A stretch of DNA of 64,000 nt from assembly GCA_030765485.1 (NCBI GenBank), contig JAVCCR010000012.1:43679-107678 (forward strand), read 5' to 3'. Numbering within the stretch: position 1 is the first letter of the stretch; each line of letters opens with the position of its first letter. The notes beneath the pieces were generated by a model that was not told where the DNA came from, searched no databases, and saw only the letters and a program-made list of their open reading frames with translations. A program made the position numbers and the translations under genes. Positions 59,558 through 64,000 of the stretch are shown here, one piece after another. The DNA is from Candidatus Gygaella obscura (GTDB lineage: Bacteria > Omnitrophota > Gorgyraeia > Gygaellales > Gygaellaceae).

Positions 59558-59898
59558 AGTTAGACAATAGCAGCAAAAACACTTGTCTGGCCAGTAATGT
59601 ATTAATGGCCGATAGTTTTTTCTTACGGTTAAAGGGTCTACTGACAAAAGAATCTTTAGATACCGATACTTGCCTAATTATAAGGCCTGGAAATAGCATT
59701 CACACTTTTTTTATGAAGTTTGATATCGATGCGATATTTTTAGATAAGCAGCTTAATGTTGTTGGTCTATTAGAAGGCTTTAAGCCTTTTAGAATTAGTC
59801 CTATCTTTTTCAAATCCTGCATAATAGTAGAACTTCCATCTGGTAAGATAAAAGCTACAAATACCTCATTTGGAGATAGGCTGGAGTTAATCAGCTGA
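59554..59898 (+). CDS. DUF192-like small protein co-transcribed with the pilus ATPase
   Basis: IHTFFMKFDIDAIFLD resembles the DUF192 core. 114 aa. 4-nt overlap with cpaEF. Confidence 0.45.
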   Translation: MKLDNSSKNTCLASNVLMADSFFLRLKGLLTKESLDTDTCLIIRPGNSIHTFFMKFDIDAIFLDKQLNVVGLLEGFKPFRISPIFFKSCIIVELPSGKIKATNTSFGDRLELIS

Positions 59899-60193
59899 GC
59901 ACCTCACTTTTAACAAACAACCCAAAATAAGTCAACAAAGTATAAGTTAAGTAAAAGGCTATAATGTTGCATTAAATAAGCTTTAAATCTAGCCGATCCT
60001 GTTTCTATAATTTGAATAGATTTATCTAAAAGATTTGATAGAGCTGACTGTTTGATAACAGTGTATAAAGTATGCTTGAAAATTCATAATTTATGTGTTA
60101 TAATTTGATAAATCAATGTCCAATTTGACATTAGTATATTCATAACTAGTTATATTACAACAAGAAGATGTTAATAAATGTCCAGAATAAGCT

Positions 60194-61702
60194 ATGAGTA
60201 AAACTTATAAATTAAAGCCTTATTTAGTTAAATTTATAAAGAAACATAAGGTTGCTAATCCATTGCTTAGTTGTAGAAGCCTATCTACAATAGTATTTAA
60301 GAAATTTGAAATAAAAGTTTCTAAATCAAGTATTAATACTATTATTAATGAGCTTGATTTAAGTCAGCCTCCTGGCAGAAGGCCAAGAAATTTAGATATG
60401 GAGCTTAATACTGCCCAAGAGAATATGGGGGCATTTTTTCTTAAGGCAGCTGATCTTTATTTAGGCTTGGGAAATTATTTAGTTGATTTAATTACTGCAC
60501 ACCAAAAAGCAAAGAATAAAAAAGAACTGAGTATAAAAAACAATACAATTCTTTATTACAGGTTGGTTGCGAATAGGTTTTTGGAAAAAAATACCCCGAT
60601 TCCTCAGGTTGTATATCAGGCCTCAGAAGGAATTTACTCATCTAAGGTATTAACTTCCTATCTTTTTAGATTGCAGGATGTTACATCAATATACAGTGAT
60701 TTTATAGATTCTATAGCAGCATTTTTAAATACTGTAACCGGAATAAGAATTGAATACAATAAAGGCAGTATTTTCTTAGAATCAGGGTTAAAATCAGTTG
60801 TTTTTGATAATAGTTTTACAGGTTCAGATGTTGTAACAATCTATAAAATAAGAAGTTACATGAAGGATATATTATTTAAAAAAACTGAGCCTTTAGTTAT
60901 TTTGAGCAGCAATAATATGAATATTTATCAGGATGCAATTTGTAATTTTCTTGCTGCAAGTAAAATAAAAGCAGTTGATTTTATTGGTTTGCAGAATAAG
61001 ATAATTGAAAAAATAGTGTTTGAAGATATTCGTTTACAGGCCATTATTGGTATGTTTGCCCAGGATTTTGCAGCAACGCAGGATATAAAAATTAAGGGAT
61101 CTTTTAAATCAGTTAACTGCGGAGACAGCAAAGAGAAATTTATTGCGGAAGCAGAAGCCATATTTACACAACACATTGTAAACAAGAGAGTTACAATAAG
61201 AGCTATTGTTGTACGTAGTTCAGTCCTAGGCATGGAAGAGTATGTAATTTTAACTAATATAGAAAAAACAAATATGTCGATGGAAGAGGTTTTTTTAAGA
61301 TTCATCTCAAAATGGCCAAATCCGCAAGATGCCTATAATCAGTTAAGCGCAGAGAAATTGCAAGGGTATAATAAACGAGAAATCAATGATAACATTTTGG
61401 TATATAATAAGTTAGGTGATGATGATATCTTTGATATCTGCCTTGAAATTTTGAACTATTATTTCCAGAAGTTGTTTTTTCCTTCAAATTGGAAAACAAA
61501 AGGCATTGCTTTTATGAAGGAGAATTTCTATAATCTGCCCGGCACTCTGAAAACAACCAGCAACAAGCAGCAGATCAGCCTAAAGATTAAAAGAAACCAG
61601 CCTTTTCTTACAGAAATTGGCTTAGCCTGTGAGAAAATCAATCAAAATAGCCTTAAAAATCTGCATAAAAAAATACTTCAAATCCAGCTGTCTTTTAGAT
61701 AG
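60194..61702 (+). CDS. Hypothetical 502-aa protein (N-terminal HTH-like segment) between the pilus machinery and the pilin array, preceded by a 295-nt AT-rich spacer
   Basis: Long uninterrupted ORF with low-GC codon usage like its neighbours. No catalytic motifs recognised. N-terminal KSSINTIINELDLSQPPGRRPR is HTH-like. Confidence 0.5.
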   Translation: MSKTYKLKPYLVKFIKKHKVANPLLSCRSLSTIVFKKFEIKVSKSSINTIINELDLSQPPGRRPRNLDMELNTAQENMGAFFLKAADLYLGLGNYLVDLITAHQKAKNKKELSIKNNTILYYRLVANRFLEKNTPIPQVVYQASEGIYSSKVLTSYLFRLQDVTSIYSDFIDSIAAFLNTVTGIRIEYNKGSIFLESGLKSVVFDNSFTGSDVVTIYKIRSYMKDILFKKTEPLVILSSNNMNIYQDAICNFLAASKIKAVDFIGLQNKIIEKIVFEDIRLQAIIGMFAQDFAATQDIKIKGSFKSVNCGDSKEKFIAEAEAIFTQHIVNKRVTIRAIVVRSSVLGMEEYVILTNIEKTNMSMEEVFLRFISKWPNPQDAYNQLSAEKLQGYNKREINDNILVYNKLGDDDIFDICLEILNYYFQKLFFPSNWKTKGIAFMKENFYNLPGTLKTTSNKQQISLKIKRNQPFLTEIGLACEKINQNSLKNLHKKILQIQLSFR

Positions 61703-61901
61703 TTATTTTTTGCTGTTAAAAATGACATAACTACTTGAAAAGGCTAAGAAAACGGTTTCTGCAGACAGGGCATTCTTCCTTGACAGGGCCTATTGTATAT
61801 GTTATATTTTACATGCAGACAGTAATGGTAACGAAAAGGCAATTCTCAAATATTTTTGAGATGCGCAAAGCCACGGGTTAAGAGAGTTTATCTTTAAATT
61901 G

Positions 61902-61947
61902 CCGGGCTACCGAAAACCAGTGGAGAGTTTCGCAGCCCGGTTTTTTT
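61902..61947 (+). terminator. Nested hairpin plus T7 run (terminator or attenuator) just upstream of the first Flp pilin gene
   Basis: CCGGGCT...AGCCCGG outer stem with inner CGAAA...TTTCG stem, then TTTTTTT. Confidence 0.35.
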
Positions 61948-61962
61948 ATTAAGGACTTAATT

Positions 61963-62178
61963 ATGAATTTTAAAAAGTTTTTAAAAAGAAAAAAGGCACA
62001 AGCGGTTTTAGAGTATCTGATTATATCAGCAACAGTCGCTGCTATTGTTTTAATTGCTTTTGCGAATTACTCAGAAGATTCATTTGTTCCAAAAGCAAAA
62101 AATTCTTTAACAGACTTTTATCATCAAGCAAGGATTCGCATAAACGAAGGTTTCAGAAATCCTGACGTTGCTGATTAA
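61963..62178 (+). CDS. flp: Flp-family pilin paralog 1 (71 aa; variant A-QAVL-EY processing motif)
   Basis: Basic N-terminus KKFLKRKKAQAVLEYLIISATVAAIVLIAF, a class III (Flp-type) signal followed by a hydrophobic helix. Confidence 0.5.
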   Translation: MNFKKFLKRKKAQAVLEYLIISATVAAIVLIAFANYSEDSFVPKAKNSLTDFYHQARIRINEGFRNPDVAD

Positions 62179-62190
62179 GGGAGACAACTG

Positions 62191-62358
62191 ATGAAGAAAA
62201 GAGCACAAAGTTTTATTGAATACGCATTGCTTTTAGCTGTTATATCCATGGCTTTTATGGCAATGTACAAATATGTTGAGCGTTCAGCTAAGGCTAATCT
62301 TAAGCTGATGGAAGAAAAAGTAAACGCAGAGCCAGAGTTACGTTTTCAGGTTTGGTAA
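62191..62358 (+). CDS. flp: Flp-family pilin paralog 2 (55 aa; not in ORF track)
   Basis: Own translation MKKRAQSFIEYALLLAVISMAFMAMYKYVERSAKANLKLMEEKVNAEPELRFQVW. SD GGGAGA upstream. Confidence 0.5.
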   Translation: MKKRAQSFIEYALLLAVISMAFMAMYKYVERSAKANLKLMEEKVNAEPELRFQVW

Positions 62359-62394
62359 TCTGCGTTTTTTGTTTTTATAAGACTAGGAGGATGG

Positions 62395-62610
62395 ATGATG
62401 AGAAAAAGAAATAAAAAGGGTCAAAGCATTTTAGAGTATGTGATTGTTTTAACAGCTGTTGTAGGCGCAATTGCAGCGGGTGTGGCAGCTTTTATTTATA
62501 ATCCAGTTGCCGAAGGTGATCCCAAGTCTGGTTTAGCCAATGTTTATACCAATGCAGCAACAAGGATGTCTTCTTCTACGGCAAGGCTTGGTTCGGAATT
62601 ATTCGAATAA
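62395..62610 (+). CDS. flp: Flp-family pilin paralog 3 (71 aa)
   Basis: KKGQSILEYVIVLTAVVGAIAAGVAAF carries the G-xxxx-EY Flp motif. AGGAGG SD. Confidence 0.65.
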   Translation: MMRKRNKKGQSILEYVIVLTAVVGAIAAGVAAFIYNPVAEGDPKSGLANVYTNAATRMSSSTARLGSELFE

Positions 62611-62622
62611 AGGAGGCTAGGA

Positions 62623-62793
62623 ATGATAAGGAATAAAAGAGGTCAAAGCACATTAGAGTATTTACTTGTTTTAGCTGCTGTTGTGGGATTGTTGGTTTGG
62701 GCAGCGCAGGGACCAATTAGAGTTGCAGTTACTAATATGTTTTCAGATGCAAATGATACCATTAGTACAGCAGCTGATTATCTTGAGGAATAA
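62623..62793 (+). CDS. flp: Flp-family pilin paralog 4 (56 aa; not in ORF track)
   Basis: Own translation MIRNKRGQSTLEYLLVLAAVVGLLVWAAQGPIRVAVTNMFSDANDTISTAADYLEE. AGGAGG SD. Confidence 0.6.
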   Translation: MIRNKRGQSTLEYLLVLAAVVGLLVWAAQGPIRVAVTNMFSDANDTISTAADYLEE

Positions 62794-62818
62794 TGATCGT
62801 GTTAACAGGAGGTGCTAA

Positions 62819-63202
62819 ATGTTAAAGAATTTATGGAATAAAAAGGGTCAGAGTACAGCAGAATACGCGATTTTAATCGGCCTTGTTATTGCAGCTGCTA
62901 TTGGTATGCAGACATATGTTAAACGCGGCATGCAGGCTAAGTTAAGAGCCCAGGTAATTAATACCGTAGGTACAATTATTGATGTAGAGAATCCGGCTAC
63001 TTTAAGCGATGCTGATGTTCAGTTTGAGCCACAAGGAAAAATTGCAAAAAGCACTTCGGGGACTTTAGCAGGTTCAGGCAATACCGAAACAATGGATTAC
63101 GGCGGTTCTGTAATAAGAGCAGGTACACAGAGAACAATTCAGGCAACAGGTGATTACCAAGTATATGACTACGAGTCTGAAGATGCTCCTGGTGAAGAAT
63201 AA
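62819..63202 (+). CDS. flp: Flp-family pilin paralog 5, long form (127 aa) with Gly/Thr-rich middle and acidic C-terminal tail
   Basis: KKGQSTAEYAILIGLVIAAAIG. Tail ...YDYESEDAPGEE. Confidence 0.65.
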   Translation: MLKNLWNKKGQSTAEYAILIGLVIAAAIGMQTYVKRGMQAKLRAQVINTVGTIIDVENPATLSDADVQFEPQGKIAKSTSGTLAGSGNTETMDYGGSVIRAGTQRTIQATGDYQVYDYESEDAPGEE

Positions 63203-63219
63203 ATTAACGGAGGTGTTAC

Positions 63220-63588
63220 ATGTTTAATAAAAGAGGCCAGAGCACATTAGAATACGCAGTTATTATAGCAGCTGTTATAGCAGGCTTGGTTGCTATGCAA
63301 AAATTTATGACTAGAAGCGTTCAGGGTAAACTGCGGGATTCAGTCAATGATATCGGCGAGCAGTATTCCGCAGATCATACAGTGAGTGAAACTACAATTG
63401 ATTATTCGGAAACAAAGGAAAACCGGGAAACATTCGGTTATAATTTGGATACATCCAGCGGAGAGGTTGGAATAGATAATATTGGTAAGCAGGGTTATTA
63501 TTTGGTTACCCCAAGTACTACTGAAACCTATACATCAGAAACCATTGATGATTTTGGAGACGAAAAGTTATTTGAAGAAGAGGAATAA
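63220..63588 (+). CDS. flp: Flp-family pilin paralog 6, long form (122 aa) with acidic tail
   Basis: KRGQSTLEYAVIIAAVIAGLVA. Tail ...IDDFGDEKLFEEEE. Confidence 0.65.
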   Translation: MFNKRGQSTLEYAVIIAAVIAGLVAMQKFMTRSVQGKLRDSVNDIGEQYSADHTVSETTIDYSETKENRETFGYNLDTSSGEVGIDNIGKQGYYLVTPSTTETYTSETIDDFGDEKLFEEEE

Positions 63589-63603
63589 TTAAGGAGGCTG
63601 GAT

Positions 63604-63957
63604 ATGTGGAAAATTTTAAGAGGTAAAAAGGGTCAGAATACAGCAGAGTATGCGATTCTATTTGCGATTATCGTAGGTGCTGTTATGGCAATGCAGACAT
63701 ATGTAAAAAGAGGCTTGCAGAAAGGTGTCCAGCATAGGGTTGACGAAGGCCTTAATGAAGAGCTAAGCGTAAAATCATATGAGCCTTATTACTTAAGAAG
63801 TAATTATACAAGTACAACTGACTATACTGAAGCATCCAGTGATTATGAAAGAATCGGTAAATCCGGAGACGTGGCTAGAACATATGGTCTAAAGAGCACA
63901 ACACGAGAAGGAACACAGATCATAAAAGATACAGATGTAATACCGGTAACGGAATAA
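63604..63957 (+). CDS. flp: Flp-family pilin paralog 7, long form (117 aa)
   Basis: KKGQNTAEYAILFAIIVGAVMA. Shares YVKRG(L/M)Q block with paralog 5. Confidence 0.65.
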   Translation: MWKILRGKKGQNTAEYAILFAIIVGAVMAMQTYVKRGLQKGVQHRVDEGLNEELSVKSYEPYYLRSNYTSTTDYTEASSDYERIGKSGDVARTYGLKSTTREGTQIIKDTDVIPVTE

Positions 63958-63974
63958 AATAATGGAGGTGTTGC

Positions 63975-64000
63975 ATGTTTAATAAAAGAGCCCAAAGCAC
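63975..64000 (+). CDS. flp: Flp-family pilin paralog 8 (5' fragment; runs off window end)
   Basis: MFNKRAQS... Same N-terminus as paralog 6. GGAGGTG SD upstream. Confidence 0.4.

Noticed and set aside
60194-61702. The 502-aa orphan as an IS transposase
   Set aside because: No DDE/DEDD catalytic triad was recognised, and no terminal inverted repeats or target duplications were seen in the flanks. Only the HTH-like N-terminus is suggestive.

Overview
This 64 kb window comes from a low-GC (~35-38% by eye) bacterial chromosome and includes the replication-origin neighbourhood. It is densely packed with housekeeping genes and tRNAs, and also holds two accessory-looking blocks.

Origin region. On the minus strand lies dnaA-dnaN-DUF721-gyrB-gyrA (no recF). 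Divergently on the plus strand lies rpmH-yidD-yidC-jag, with rpmH overlapping yidD by one base and no rnpA between them. Two perfect parS palindromes then precede parA-parB.

Housekeeping. Downstream are ndk, yicC, gmk, rpoZ and coaC, a tRNA-Cys/Leu/Val trio, and thrS, infC, rpmI and rplT. These are followed by two ktrA/trkA genes plus trkH, then pheS and pheT. A putative 6S RNA sits upstream of a 5-formyl-THF cyclo-ligase gene. Next come rny-ymdB, a PilZ protein, xseA-xseB and dxs. A four-subunit 2-oxoacid:ferredoxin oxidoreductase, gltX, tRNA-Gln, yggT, hflKC and tRNA-Leu complete this stretch.

Signalling and radical SAM. A minus-strand FIST-histidine kinase-REC/GGDEF signalling operon follows, then tRNA-Glu and a B12-binding radical SAM gene.

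Block A (2.9-11.0 kb, minus strand) is the most unusual feature. It is a nine-gene co-directional operon encoding a nitrogenase-like reductase: a NifH/BchL-type ATPase plus two component-1-like subunits whose sizes and Cys pattern resemble DPOR N/B or Cfb-type proteins rather than NifDK. These genes are interleaved with three paralogous radical SAM enzymes that carry C-terminal SPASM-like Cys-rich domains of the NirJ/AhbC/AhbD type. The operon also encodes a 275-aa Cys-rich protein and two small membrane proteins. No nifB/E/N/V genes are present. This looks like an undescribed nitrogenase-like plus radical-SAM pathway, most plausibly tetrapyrrole or another reductive tailoring chemistry.

Block B (54-64 kb, plus strand) is a Tad/Flp pilus locus with atypical architecture. 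A parvulin PPIase lipoprotein gene is translationally coupled to cpaB. The CpaC secretin carries a fused TonB C-terminal domain. A single polypeptide fuses CpaE (ParA-like) to CpaF (ATPase). A DUF192 gene and a 502-aa orphan gene follow. Finally there is a tandem array of at least 8 Flp-type pilin paralogs (G-xxxx-EY motif), three of them unusually long with acidic tails.

All calls rest on reading motifs in the supplied translations and the raw sequence. No database searches were run.
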